Assembly: GCA_050247355.1 (NCBI GenBank)
Contig: JBFWUK010000015.1
Span: forward strand, 25,821 to 89,820
Source of the DNA: Vicinamibacterales bacterium
Lineage (GTDB): Bacteria > Acidobacteriota > Vicinamibacteria > Vicinamibacterales > UBA2999
Reading direction: 5' to 3'
Length of the DNA: 64,000 nucleotides
A program made the translations under genes and the position numbers. Under the pieces are notes generated by a model, which saw only the letters and a program-made list of their open reading frames with translations, had not been told where the DNA came from and made no database searches. The stretch's first letter is position 1, and every line of letters begins with the position of its first letter. This document shows positions 18,717 through 28,300 of this stretch, piece by piece.

Positions 18717-19901
18717 CTACTGTTTCGGCGGGGTTGCCGCCACTGGCGGCTTGACGCTCGATGCCGGCCGCGTACCCTTGAGAATCCAGCGCTGGATGCG
18801 GCGGCCGTTGCCGGCTTCGCCGGTGTAGAGGCGGTTCTTGGAGTCGATGGCGACCATGTGAGCGCGGATGAACTCGCCGGCCTGCCGGCCCGGGCGGCCG
18901 AAGCGATCCAGGATCGCCAGGTCCTTGCGGCGCAGGATCCACACCCGCTGGTTGGTGCCGTCGATCAGGTAGAGCAGGCTCTGTTCGGGATCGCGCGAGA
19001 ACTGCAGGCTGAAGCCGCTGCCCGAGCCGCCGGTCTCCGGACGGACGAACCGCTCCATCAGGTACTCACCGTTCTGGCGGAACACCTGGATGCGGTTGCC
19101 GCGGCGATCCGAGACGTAGATCAGCCCGTCCTTCGAGCCGACCAGCCCGTGCAGCGTCGAGTACTGCTGCGGCGGGGTGTCGAGCTTCACCGGGTAGGCG
19201 TACTTCTGCGTGTCGTCCGGCACCTTGCCGTAGGCGCCCCAGTGCCGCTTGTACTTGCCGGTCGCCGCGTCGAAGACGACGACGCGCTTGTTGATGTAGC
19301 CGTCGGCGATGAACAGCTCGTTGGTCTTCGGCTCGACGTAGAAGTTGGCCGGCCCGCCCAGGTGATCCGGATCGTTGCTGCCCTTGTTGACGCCGGGCGT
19401 GCCGATGGTCATCACGTGCTTGCCGTCCTGGGTGAACTTCATCACGTGCATGCCGTTGCTGGTGCCCATCCAGACGAAGCCGTTGTGGTCGACGTAGATG
19501 CCGTGCTCCTGGTCGAACCAGGTGTAGCCGTCGCCGGGGCCGCCCCACGCCTTGATCAGCTTGCCCTCGGGATCCAGTTCCAGCACCGGCGGTGCCGGGA
19601 AGCAGCAGTCGGCAATCGGCGGTTTCACCGCCGCGCCAATCTCCTGGCTGGTCAGGCTCGACGGCATGTGAATCACCCACAGGTGATCGCGGTCGTCCAC
19701 GAACAGGCCGCGGATGTCGCCGAGAATCCAGTCGTTGGGCAGCGTCGGCGGCCAGGTCGGATCGATCTCGTAGATCGGCAGCCGCTCGGCGGTCGGCGAG
19801 CCGGGCGCCGCCGCGGCATTGGCGCTTTGCGCGTGGGCGGCCAGGGGGAGGAGCAAGCCGGCCGCCAGGGCCGTGAACGTGCGGGCAAGCGTCAGCGTCA
19901 T
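18717..19901 (-). CDS. secreted NHL-repeat beta-propeller protein (peptidyl-alpha-hydroxyglycine lyase-like)
   Basis: 394 aa with signal peptide LLLPLAAHAQS. Repeated blade-like segments (DHNGFVWMGT, LFIADGYINKRVVVF, LIYVSDRRGNRIQVF, RLYTGEAGNGRRIQRW). Confidence 0.7.
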   Translation of the reverse strand: MTLTLARTFTALAAGLLLPLAAHAQSANAAAAPGSPTAERLPIYEIDPTWPPTLPNDWILGDIRGLFVDDRDHLWVIHMPSSLTSQEIGAAVKPPIADCCFPAPPVLELDPEGKLIKAWGGPGDGYTWFDQEHGIYVDHNGFVWMGTSNGMHVMKFTQDGKHVMTIGTPGVNKGSNDPDHLGGPANFYVEPKTNELFIADGYINKRVVVFDAATGKYKRHWGAYGKVPDDTQKYAYPVKLDTPPQQYSTLHGLVGSKDGLIYVSDRRGNRIQVFRQNGEYLMERFVRPETGGSGSGFSLQFSRDPEQSLLYLIDGTNQRVWILRRKDLAILDRFGRPGRQAGEFIRAHMVAIDSKNRLYTGEAGNGRRIQRWILKGTRPASSVKPPVAATPPKQ

Positions 19902-19929
19902 GAGCCGGGATTATCGCTCATCTGCCGGC

Positions 19930-20187
19930 TTATGACTGCTCGAGGCTGTCAGCCATCCGAATCTTGATAAACGCCTGGCGGGTCACCCCCAGGCGTCGCG
20001 CCTCCTGGTCGATCTCCCGGAGCAGGTCCGCCGGAAAATCGACGTTCACCCGCTGGACGGCTCGGCCAGGGCGCGTGGCCTTCGTCACATCCATGTGGGC
20101 GGACAGGTCGATGCCGGCGTCGTGCATGGCATCGAGCGACGTCGCCGATTTCGCCTTAGGTGTCACGATACGCGTCTTCTTCTTCAT
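19930..20187 (-). CDS. brnA: BrnA-type RHH antitoxin
   Basis: 85-aa C-terminal part of track ORF 19930..20748, starting MKKKTRIV. Contains VNVDFPADLLREIDQEARRLGVTRQAFIK. Overlaps brnT by 32 nt. Confidence 0.75.
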   Translation of the reverse strand: MKKKTRIVTPKAKSATSLDAMHDAGIDLSAHMDVTKATRPGRAVQRVNVDFPADLLREIDQEARRLGVTRQAFIKIRMADSLEQS

Positions 20188-20419
20188 CACGGGCCCGCCT
20201 GACTGAAATAATTCGCACTCGGCCATCACGATTCGTGGTGAAAGCCGACCAGATGGCTTCGCCGATCCGCCCAATGACCTGTGCCCTCGACTCGCCGAGA
20301 CAGCGCGCCGGGACCTCCAGGCGATCCGGGTCTTGCCACAGCGCCTGCGCCGCGACGAAGTCGATGCCATGTTTGGCGAGGTTCGCCGCCGACTTCGCGG
20401 GGTCGAACTCGAAGTCCAT
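20156..20419 (-). CDS. brnT: BrnT (DUF497) toxin
   Basis: 87 aa. FEFDPAKSAANLAKHGIDFVAAQALWQDP is characteristic of DUF497. Confidence 0.8.
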   Translation of the reverse strand: MDFEFDPAKSAANLAKHGIDFVAAQALWQDPDRLEVPARCLGESRAQVIGRIGEAIWSAFTTNRDGRVRIISVRRARDEEEDAYRDT

Positions 20420-20422
20420 AAC

Positions 20423-20439
20423 GGTATAAAAAGTATACC
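20423..20439. promoter_or_regulatory. 6-5-6 palindrome GGTATA-AAAAG-TATACC abutting the brnT start
   Basis: AT-rich perfect inverted repeat 4 nt upstream of the brnT ATG. On the coding strand it contains TATACT (-10-like) 12 nt before the ATG. Confidence 0.45.
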
Positions 20440-20509
20440 ATTCGACGGGGGTTGTTGCGCGCCCTGCGCGAGCCAGCTCCGGGTTAGAATGCCTCCCCTG
20501 GAGCCATTC

Positions 20510-21415
20510 ATGAAACTACTTGTGCGCGTTGTCTTCGCCGTCTGCCTGTTCACCGTCGCCGCCTCGGCCCAGGCGCCAGGAGGCCGGCCGCAGCGTCCGC
20601 CGATGACGCCGGAGCAGCAGGCCGAAGCCGCCAAGCGGCGCGCGGCGGAAATGGCCGCGCCGCGGCCGATCGACGCGCTCGACAGCGTGTGGACCGAAGA
20701 GCTCACGTGGATGGAAATCCGCGACGCCATCAAGGCCGGCAAGACCACCGCGCTGATCCTGACCGGCGGCGTGGAGTCGAACGGCCCCTACCTGGCCACC
20801 GGCAAGCACAACTTCATCCTGAAGGTGATGGGCGAGGCGATCGCGCGGAAACTGGGCAACGCGCTGGTCGCGCCCATCGTGACGCTCGAGCCGGGCCGCC
20901 CCGACGGCGAACGCGTGGCGCCGGGCAGCGTGTTCCTGTCGCAGGCCACCTACCGCGGCGTGCTCACCGACATGGCCACCAGCCTCAAGGGCATGGGCTT
21001 CACCAACGTGATCCTGATGGGCGACAGCGGCGGCAACCAGGGGCCGATGAAGGAAGTGGCCGCCGCCCTCGACGAGAAGTACAAGGCCGCGGGTTCGCGG
21101 TTCCACTTCATCCCCGAGTATTACGACTACGCGTCGGTGCAGAAGATGCTGCAGAGCAGCGGCATTGCCGAACAGATCGAGATTGGCGCCAGCCAGGGCT
21201 CTGACCGGATTCACGATGAGTACGGCATCGACGCCTTGATGGCGCTCCACGACCCGAAGAGCATCCGCATCGACGAGCGCACCAAGGCCAACAGAACCAC
21301 CATCAACGGCGTCAGCCTGCTGCCGATGAGCAAGACCCTGGAGATGGGCCGGAAGATCGTCGAGCTGCGGACCAGGCTCACGGTCGACGCGATTAACAAG
21401 GCGATGGCCAGGTAG
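20510..21415 (+). CDS. creatininase (creatinine amidohydrolase) family protein with a signal peptide
   Basis: ATG at 20510 inside track ORF 20333..21415. N-terminus MKLLVRVVFAVCLFTVAASAQA. Core ALILTGGVESNGPYLATGKHNF and ILMGDSGGNQ. Confidence 0.6.
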   Translation: MKLLVRVVFAVCLFTVAASAQAPGGRPQRPPMTPEQQAEAAKRRAAEMAAPRPIDALDSVWTEELTWMEIRDAIKAGKTTALILTGGVESNGPYLATGKHNFILKVMGEAIARKLGNALVAPIVTLEPGRPDGERVAPGSVFLSQATYRGVLTDMATSLKGMGFTNVILMGDSGGNQGPMKEVAAALDEKYKAAGSRFHFIPEYYDYASVQKMLQSSGIAEQIEIGASQGSDRIHDEYGIDALMALHDPKSIRIDERTKANRTTINGVSLLPMSKTLEMGRKIVELRTRLTVDAINKAMAR

Positions 21416-21443
21416 GGCCCGGCCCACCGCCTTGCCGGAGCCG

Positions 21444-21911
21444 CTAGACGGCGGCCAGCTTCGCGGGCTGGTAGCTGCCGACCGGGACCCGGAACGACAC
21501 GGCCAGGCGGTTCCAGCTGTTGATCACGATCACGACGAAGGTCAGCGCAACCAGCTCGTCATCACTGAACTGCGTCTTGACGCGCTGGTGAACCTCGTCT
21601 GGAACGTGGGTGTCGCCGACGGCGGTGACGGCCTCGGTCCAGTCGAGGGCGGCGCGCTCGCGGTCGGTGTAGAACGGCGCTTCACGCCAGGCGCTGAGCG
21701 CGTAAAGCCGCTGCTCGGTCTCGCCGGCCAGCCGGGCGTCCTTGGTGTGCATGTCGATGCAGTAGGCACAGCCGTTCATTTGCGAGGCGCGCAGCCGCAC
21801 CAGTTCCGTCAGCGACGGCTCGAGCTGGGCGGCGCTCTCGGCCGACAGCGCGAGCATGGCGCGGCCGAGCTTGGAGTGCAGGTATTTGGTCAGGTCAATA
21901 CGAGTATTCAT
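21444..21911 (-). CDS. carboxymuconolactone decarboxylase (AhpD-like) family protein
   Basis: 155 aa from MNTRIDLTKY. CxxC motif in NGCAYCIDMH. Confidence 0.85.
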   Translation of the reverse strand: MNTRIDLTKYLHSKLGRAMLALSAESAAQLEPSLTELVRLRASQMNGCAYCIDMHTKDARLAGETEQRLYALSAWREAPFYTDRERAALDWTEAVTAVGDTHVPDEVHQRVKTQFSDDELVALTFVVIVINSWNRLAVSFRVPVGSYQPAKLAAV

Positions 21912-21939
21912 GTCGGTCTCCTTTGCTTTCATAAGCAAA

Positions 21940-21965
21940 GACGGACCGCTTCGGAACCTGTGACA
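21940..21965 (-). promoter_or_regulatory. ECF41-type promoter-like motif TGTCACA-N15-CGTC upstream of the CMD gene
   Basis: On the minus strand, TGTCACA is at 21965-21959 and CGTC at 21943-21940. Sits in the 85-nt gap between the sigma and CMD genes. Confidence 0.6.
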
Positions 21966-21996
21966 CCCCTGCGCCACGGCTGGGGAGGATAAACAG

Positions 21997-22872
21997 CTAC
22001 GAACGAAGCTTGTCGGGATTGACCACAGCGTAGACCGCCAGGATGCGCTCGCCATCGGTGGCGATCGCCATCGTCGCCATCAGCCGATCGCCGTCGTAAA
22101 TGCACACTCCGGGTTCGCCGTTGATGGTTTCCGCCCGCATGGTCCGGCCGGGCGGCCAGAACTTCTCGCGCAGGCCAACCGCGAGACGCGCCATGCGATT
22201 GGCGCCGATTATGGGATTCAGCCCGGCGGCCGCCTTGCCGCCGCCGTCTGCCGTCCAGGTGGCATCGGGAGCAAACAGCTGCAACAGGGCCGCCTCGTCG
22301 CGCGCGTCGAGCGCGGTCATGAACCGGTGCACCATCTCGGCCTTGGCCGGCTCGCTGGCCTCGAAGCGCTTGCGGTCGCCGCGCACACGCTCGCGCGCGC
22401 GATGCACCACCTGGCGGCAGGCCGTCGCGCTGCGGTCCAGCACGGCGGCAATCCGGTCGTAGCCGACGTCGAACACGTCGTGCAGCAGGAACGCCGCGCG
22501 TTCGTCGGGCGCCAGCCGCTCGAGCAGGGTCAGGAACGCCACCGACAGGTCGTCCGCCAGCTCGAGGTGGCGATCCGGCGGCGGCTCGGGTGTGACGATC
22601 GGCTCCGGCAGCCACTGGCCGACATAGGCCTCGCGCTCGGTCTTCAGCCGGCGGAGCCGGTCGATTGACAAGCGGGTGGCGGCGGTGACCAGCCAGGCCT
22701 CGCGATTCTCGATGCTCGCGCGATCGGCCTCGTGCCAGCGCAGGTAGACCTCCTGCACGATGTCTTCGGCATCGGCCCGCGAACCCAGCATGCGATAGGC
22801 CAGGCCAAACAGCCGGCGGCGATGGGCCTCGAAGGGGTCGGACGGGTCGCGAGACGGTGTAGCAGCCATCAC
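21997..22872 (-). CDS. ECF sigma factor, ECF41/SigJ-like, with a fused C-terminal SnoaL-like extension
   Basis: 291 aa. Region 2 FEAHRRRLFGLAYRMLGSRADAEDIVQEVYLRW, region 4, then about 100 extra residues. No adjacent anti-sigma gene. Start is GTG at 22872 or ATG at 22869. Confidence 0.85.
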   Translation of the reverse strand: MMAATPSRDPSDPFEAHRRRLFGLAYRMLGSRADAEDIVQEVYLRWHEADRASIENREAWLVTAATRLSIDRLRRLKTEREAYVGQWLPEPIVTPEPPPDRHLELADDLSVAFLTLLERLAPDERAAFLLHDVFDVGYDRIAAVLDRSATACRQVVHRARERVRGDRKRFEASEPAKAEMVHRFMTALDARDEAALLQLFAPDATWTADGGGKAAAGLNPIIGANRMARLAVGLREKFWPPGRTMRAETINGEPGVCIYDGDRLMATMAIATDGERILAVYAVVNPDKLRS

Positions 22873-22879
22873 AAGCCAA

Positions 22880-22905
22880 GACGGGCGCGCGCCTCAATTG
22901 TGACA
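22880..22905 (-). promoter_or_regulatory. second TGTCACA-N15-CGTC motif upstream of the sigma gene
   Basis: On the minus strand, TGTCACA is at 22905-22899 and CGTC at 22883-22880. The 15-nt spacer matches the first copy. CGTC ends 7 nt before the GTG start. Confidence 0.55.
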
Positions 22906-23028
22906 GGTGACTCGCCGGGTGCGACAACATGCCTCAGGCGCCACGACCCAGCTCAACCCTAACATCGAGAACATGACGTTGGCGCGATCGGAAACCACGA
23001 TCGGCCGGCCGGCGCTGGAGGGTGTGGC

Positions 23029-25335
23029 ATGAAGCGGCTCAGCACGATTGCGGTGATGGTCATGATGATGGCGGTGGCCGGCGCGGCCACCGTGCGCGCC
23101 GGGGCAGGCACTGACCTGCATGGCCTGGTGCAGGACGAAACGCGGCAGCCGCTGCCGGGCGTCACGGTTCGCGTCGTGACACGAGAGGGAGCCGTGGTCG
23201 GCCAAACCACCACCGGCCGCGATGGCCGTTGGGTGCTGGTGGTGGAACTGGCGTCGCCGGCCGTGCTTGAAATCGCCTTCCCCGGCTTCCGCTCGACGCA
23301 GTTGCCGATCGACACCACCTCCGGTGGCCGGACCATCATCGTTGGCTTGTCGCTGGCGCCGCAGACCGAGCACGTGGTGGTCACGGCGGCGGCCGAGAGC
23401 GCGCCGTTCAAGGTGGTGATGGATGCCAAGCAGCCACGGCAGCCGATTCCGGCGCACGATGGCGCCGAGTATCTCGAGACCATTCCCGGCTTCGCCACCG
23501 TTCGCAAGGGCGGTTCCGGCGGCGACCCGATGTTCCGCGGCATGGCCGGGTCGCGGCTCTCGATTCTGAGCGACGGCGCCATGATCCTCGGCGGCTGCTC
23601 GGCGCGGATGGACGCGCCGACCGCGTACATCTTCCCGGAGACCTACGACGAAATCACCGTCATCAAGGGACCGCAGAGCGTCAAGTACGGACCGGCCGGG
23701 TCGGCCGGCACCGTCTTGTTCCAACGCAACAACACCCGGCTTGCCCAGCCCGAGTGGTCCGGCAACGCCAGCGCCACGGTCGGTGCCTGGGGCCGCAACG
23801 ACCAGGTGTTCGACGCGCACGCCGGCACGCCGGCGTTCTACGTGCGCGGCGCCGCCAGCCGATCGTCGATGGACAACTACCAGGACGGCGACGGGCAGAC
23901 GGTGCACTCCGAGTACATGCGCTGGAACATGGACACCGCGTTCGGCTGGACCCCGAACGCGACGACCCGCCTCGAGGTCACGGCCGGGGCGAGCGACGGC
24001 CACGCCGCCTATGCCGATCGCGCCGTTGACGGCGCCAAGTTCCTGCGCACCGGCGGCGGCGTCACCTTCGAGAAGACCCGGCCCGGCGCGCTGCTGAGCC
24101 GCATCGACGTGGCCGCTTCGTACAACTACGTTGATCACATCATGGACAACTACTCGGTCCGCGAGTTCCAGGCATCGCCAATGTCCATGTTCCGCTCGTC
24201 GATGAACCCGGATCGCACCACCTACGGCGGACGGGCGGCGACGACGTGGACCACCGCGAAGGCGACCGTCGAGACCGGCGCCGACCTCCAGGTCAACGAG
24301 CACACCGGCCGCATGTCGATGCGGCAGGACACCATGCCGGTCGAGTCGCTGGCCCGCGTCGCCGACGCCCGCTTCACCACCGCCGGCGTGTTCGCCGAGC
24401 TCGACTATCGCGCCGCCGCGCGCACCCGCTGGGTGAGCGGCCTGCGCGTCGATCGCGCCGAAGGCACCGACCTTCGCCAGACCGTCGCGCTGTCGATGAT
24501 GAGCAGCATGCCCAATCCAACGGCTGATTCGCAGCGGACAGACGTGCTGCCGAGCGGCTTCTCGCGCATCGAGCACGGCCTGGCGACGATGCCGGCCAGC
24601 CTCTACCTCGGCGTCGGCCACGTGCGCCGGTTCCCCGACTACTGGGAGCTGATCACCAAGGAATCCGGGGCGTCGCTGTCGGCGTTCGGCACCCGGCCCG
24701 AGGCGACGACGCAGGTCGATGCCGGCGCGCAGATCAAGCGTGGTTCGACCTCGGTGTACCTCTCGGCCTACGCCAGCCGGATCGACGACTTCATCCTGAT
24801 CGAGTCGAACTACGCCAAGAGCGCCGGCATGGGCACGCGCCTGGCCAGCATTACCCGCAACGTCGATGCCCGCACGGTCGGCGCCGAGGCCGGCGTCACG
24901 CAACGCTTCGGTACCGGCTGGTCCGCGGATGGCTCGCTGGCCTGGGTGCGCGGCACCAACGTGACCGACGGCGGCGCGCTGGCACAGATTCCCCCGCTCG
25001 AGACCCGGCTGGGATTGCAGTACGACCACGAACGGCTGTCGCTCGGCGCGCTCGCCCGGCTGGCGGCCGCCCAGAACCGCATCGCCGTCAACCAGGGGAC
25101 CATCGTCGGCCAGGACTTCCGGGCGACCGAGGGGTTCACGGTGCTGTCGGCCAACGCCGGCTGGCGCCTGACCTCGGCGCAGCAACTCACCGCCGGCGTC
25201 GACAACCTGCTCAACGAGAACTTTGCCGAGCACATCAGCCGGCAGGGCGCGAGCATCCCCGGGTTTGCGGTGCAGACTGGTCAGGTGCGCGAGCCGGGCC
25301 GCACGGCATGGCTGCGGCTCAGCCTGAAGCGGTGA
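23029..25335 (+). CDS. TonB-dependent receptor, copper-receptor (OprC/NosA)-like, with an N-terminal carboxypeptidase-regulatory-like domain
   Basis: 768 aa with a signal peptide. CarboxypepD_reg-like GLVQDETRQPLPGVTVRVV. Plug region ITVIKGPQSVKYGPAGSAGTVLFQR. Long beta-barrel. Confidence 0.85.
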   Translation: MKRLSTIAVMVMMMAVAGAATVRAGAGTDLHGLVQDETRQPLPGVTVRVVTREGAVVGQTTTGRDGRWVLVVELASPAVLEIAFPGFRSTQLPIDTTSGGRTIIVGLSLAPQTEHVVVTAAAESAPFKVVMDAKQPRQPIPAHDGAEYLETIPGFATVRKGGSGGDPMFRGMAGSRLSILSDGAMILGGCSARMDAPTAYIFPETYDEITVIKGPQSVKYGPAGSAGTVLFQRNNTRLAQPEWSGNASATVGAWGRNDQVFDAHAGTPAFYVRGAASRSSMDNYQDGDGQTVHSEYMRWNMDTAFGWTPNATTRLEVTAGASDGHAAYADRAVDGAKFLRTGGGVTFEKTRPGALLSRIDVAASYNYVDHIMDNYSVREFQASPMSMFRSSMNPDRTTYGGRAATTWTTAKATVETGADLQVNEHTGRMSMRQDTMPVESLARVADARFTTAGVFAELDYRAAARTRWVSGLRVDRAEGTDLRQTVALSMMSSMPNPTADSQRTDVLPSGFSRIEHGLATMPASLYLGVGHVRRFPDYWELITKESGASLSAFGTRPEATTQVDAGAQIKRGSTSVYLSAYASRIDDFILIESNYAKSAGMGTRLASITRNVDARTVGAEAGVTQRFGTGWSADGSLAWVRGTNVTDGGALAQIPPLETRLGLQYDHERLSLGALARLAAAQNRIAVNQGTIVGQDFRATEGFTVLSANAGWRLTSAQQLTAGVDNLLNENFAEHISRQGASIPGFAVQTGQVREPGRTAWLRLSLKR

Positions 25336-25357
25336 TTGAGGGAGCGCGCGTCGGCGC

Positions 25358-28300
25358 TCAAGTGGCCAGGGCGTTGCGAATCGCGCGTCCCAGCGCGTCG
25401 GAGTTGAACGGCTTGTGCAGGAACGCCGCGCCCGACATTGCCACGCGGTGCTGCAGCATGGCTTCCTCGGTGTAGCCCGACATGAAGACGACCTTCAGCT
25501 CCGGGCGCCGCGTCGTCAGCTGTTCGGTGAGCTCCGGGCCGCTGGAGCCCGGCATGACGACGTCGGTCAACAGCACGGCGATCTCGGGATGCTGGTCGAA
25601 CACCGTGATCGCGGCGCCGGCGTTCTCGGCGGTGAGCACGGTGTAACCCAGGCGCTCGAGCAGTTCCTTGGTCACCGTGCGCAGCAAATCGGCATCCTCG
25701 ACCACCAGCACGGTTTCCGCCCCGCCGCGCACCGGGGCCTTGACGATGGCCGGGGCCACGACGTCGGCGTTTTCGACGCGCGGGAAATAGACCTTGAACG
25801 ACGAGCCCTTGCCGGGCTCGCTGTAGACGCCGATGCTGCCGCCGCTGCGCTTGACGATGCCGTGGACCGTCGCCAGCCCAAGGCCGGTGCCCTTGCCCAT
25901 TTCCTTCGTCGTGAAGAACGGTTCGAACAGGCGCGCCTGCACCTCGGGCGTCATGCCGGTGCCGGTGTCGGAACAGGTCAGCACGACGTAGGAGCCCGGC
26001 GGGGTGCCGAAGTGACTGGCCGCATAGTGCTCGTCGAGATCGACATTCGCGGTCTGCAGCGTCAGCGTGCCGCCCGACGGCATGGCATCGCGGGCGTTGA
26101 CCGCCAGGTTCATCACCACCTGCTCGATCTGGTTGTGGTCGGCCAGCACCGGCCCCACGTCCGGCGGCAGGTCGACCACCACGGTGATGTCCTCGCCGAT
26201 CAGCCGGCCGAGCATCTTGCGCAGGTCGCCGATCACCTTGTTGAGATCGACCAGCGTCGGCTCGATGATCTGCTTGCGGCTGAAGGCCAGCAACTGCCGC
26301 GTCAGTCCGGCGGCCTGGCTGGCCGCGGTTTCGATGCCGATCACCTGGCGCAGGGTGCGGGCGTCGCTGACGCTGGTGGCAAGCAACTCGCAGTTGCCAA
26401 GGATGATGGTCAGCAGGTTGTTGAAGTCGTGGGCCACGCCACCGGCCAGCCGGCCGATCGCCTCCATCTTCTGCGCCTGTTGAAACTGCGCCTCGAGCTG
26501 GCGGCGGTCGGTGTTGTCGATGGAAACGCCGGTCGCGCGCAGGGCCTTGCCGTGAGCGTCCAGGTGGACGCGGCCGGCGACCGTGAGCCACCGAACGGAT
26601 CCGTCGGGCCAGATCACGCGGTGCTGCATCGAGTAGTCCTGCCCTGATTTCACCGCCCGGTCGATAATGCCGCTGACCGTCGCGCGATCCTCGGGATGCA
26701 CGCCCGCCATGAACGCCTCGAACGTGCCGGCGAAGGTGCCCGGCTCGAGGCCGTGCTGGCGCTCGAGGATCGGCGACCAGACGACCACGCCGGTCCGGTA
26801 GTCAGCATCCCAGATGCCCACCTCGGCGCTCTCGAGGGCAAACCGCATGCGTTCTTCGGCCGCGCGCACGGCTTCGATGGCCCGGTTTCGCTCGGTGACG
26901 TCGCGCAACATCCCCAGGATCAGGCCATCGGGCATTCTCGTGGCAATGACATCGGCCTGGAACGTCGTGCCGTCGCGGCGGCGGAGCGTCCACTCGCGCT
27001 GGTAGTCGAGGTTGCCGGCAATGGTGGTCAGCGCCGGCTCGATGTGGTCCACCTCTGACGAGCTGACGATGTCGGTGGCGTGCAGGCCGACCAGTTCCCC
27101 GCGATGGTAGCCGAGCATGTCGCAGACACTCGGATTGGCGTCGAGATAGTAGCCATCGGTGTCGGAGATGACAATGCCGTCGGGCGCCCAGTCGAACAGC
27201 GTCCGATAGCGGTCTTCGCTGGCGCTCAGCCGCTCCTCGGCGTGCTTGCGCGCGGTGATGTCCTCCGAAAAGATGATCAGGCCGCCGATCGCGCCGTCGG
27301 CCTGGCGCCACGGCTTGACCTCCCAGCGAATCCAGCTAATGCTGCCGTCGGCACGGACGAACTGTTCCTCGTCGCGTTTCTCGCTGGCGCCGGCCAGACA
27401 GCGCCGGTGAATCGCCTTCCAGTGTTCGGGAAGGCCGGGGAACACCTCGTAGTGGCTGCGGCCAATCAGCGGCGTATCACCGAGCTTGAAGTCCTCGATC
27501 CAGCGGGTGCTGGCCACCAGGTAGCACATGTCGACGTCGAACATCGCCACCGCCACCGGGCTGTGCTCGGCATACAAGCTGAGCTGCTGCTCGCGCTCGA
27601 CCAGCCTGGCCTCGGCCTCTTTAGCCGCCGTCACGTTGCGGGCCACCTTCGACACGCCGACAATCTGGCCGGCGGCGTCGCGGATCGGCGAGATAGTCAG
27701 CGACACGTCGAGCAGCCGCCCGTCCTTGGCCTGCCGCACCGTGGTGAAGTGGCCGACGGTGCCGCCGCGCCGGATGGTGTGCAGGATGGCCGCTTCTTCA
27801 TCGCGGCGGTCGCGCGGGACGAGGAACAGACTCGGCCGGCCGATCACCTCGCTGGCGGTATAGCCGAAAATCTGCTCGGCACCACGGTTCCAGCTGGTGA
27901 CGCGGCCATCGAGGTCCTTGCCGATGATGGCGTCGAGCGAACTGTCGACGATGGTGGCAAGGTAGTTCTCGCGTTCGCGGCTGCGATGGTCGAGGGCGGC
28001 CAGCGCGGTGTTCAGTTCTTCCGTTCGCTCGACGACCCGCTGTTCCAACCGCTGGTGCGCATTCGCCACCTCGGCCGACATGGTGTTGAAGGCATGCCCC
28101 AGCCGTCCGATCTCGGTGCCGCCGGTCGCGACCCGACGAGAGAAGTCGCCGCCGGCAATGGCCTCGGCCGCCGTGGTCATCTGCGCCAGCGGTGTCGTCA
28201 AGCGCCGGCTGAACCACAACGAGAGCAGCGCGGTGCTGCCGGCAATGGCGAACGCGAGCCCGGCCATCCGCCGCAGGAAGTGATTGGCGCGGGTGGTGAT

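Noticed and set aside
18678-19967. 429-aa plus-strand ORF opposite the NHL-repeat gene
   Set aside because: Shadow frame. The minus-strand product has a signal peptide and propeller repeats.
22894-25233. 779-aa ORF antisense to the TonB-dependent receptor
   Set aside because: Shadow frame of a clearly recognisable receptor gene.
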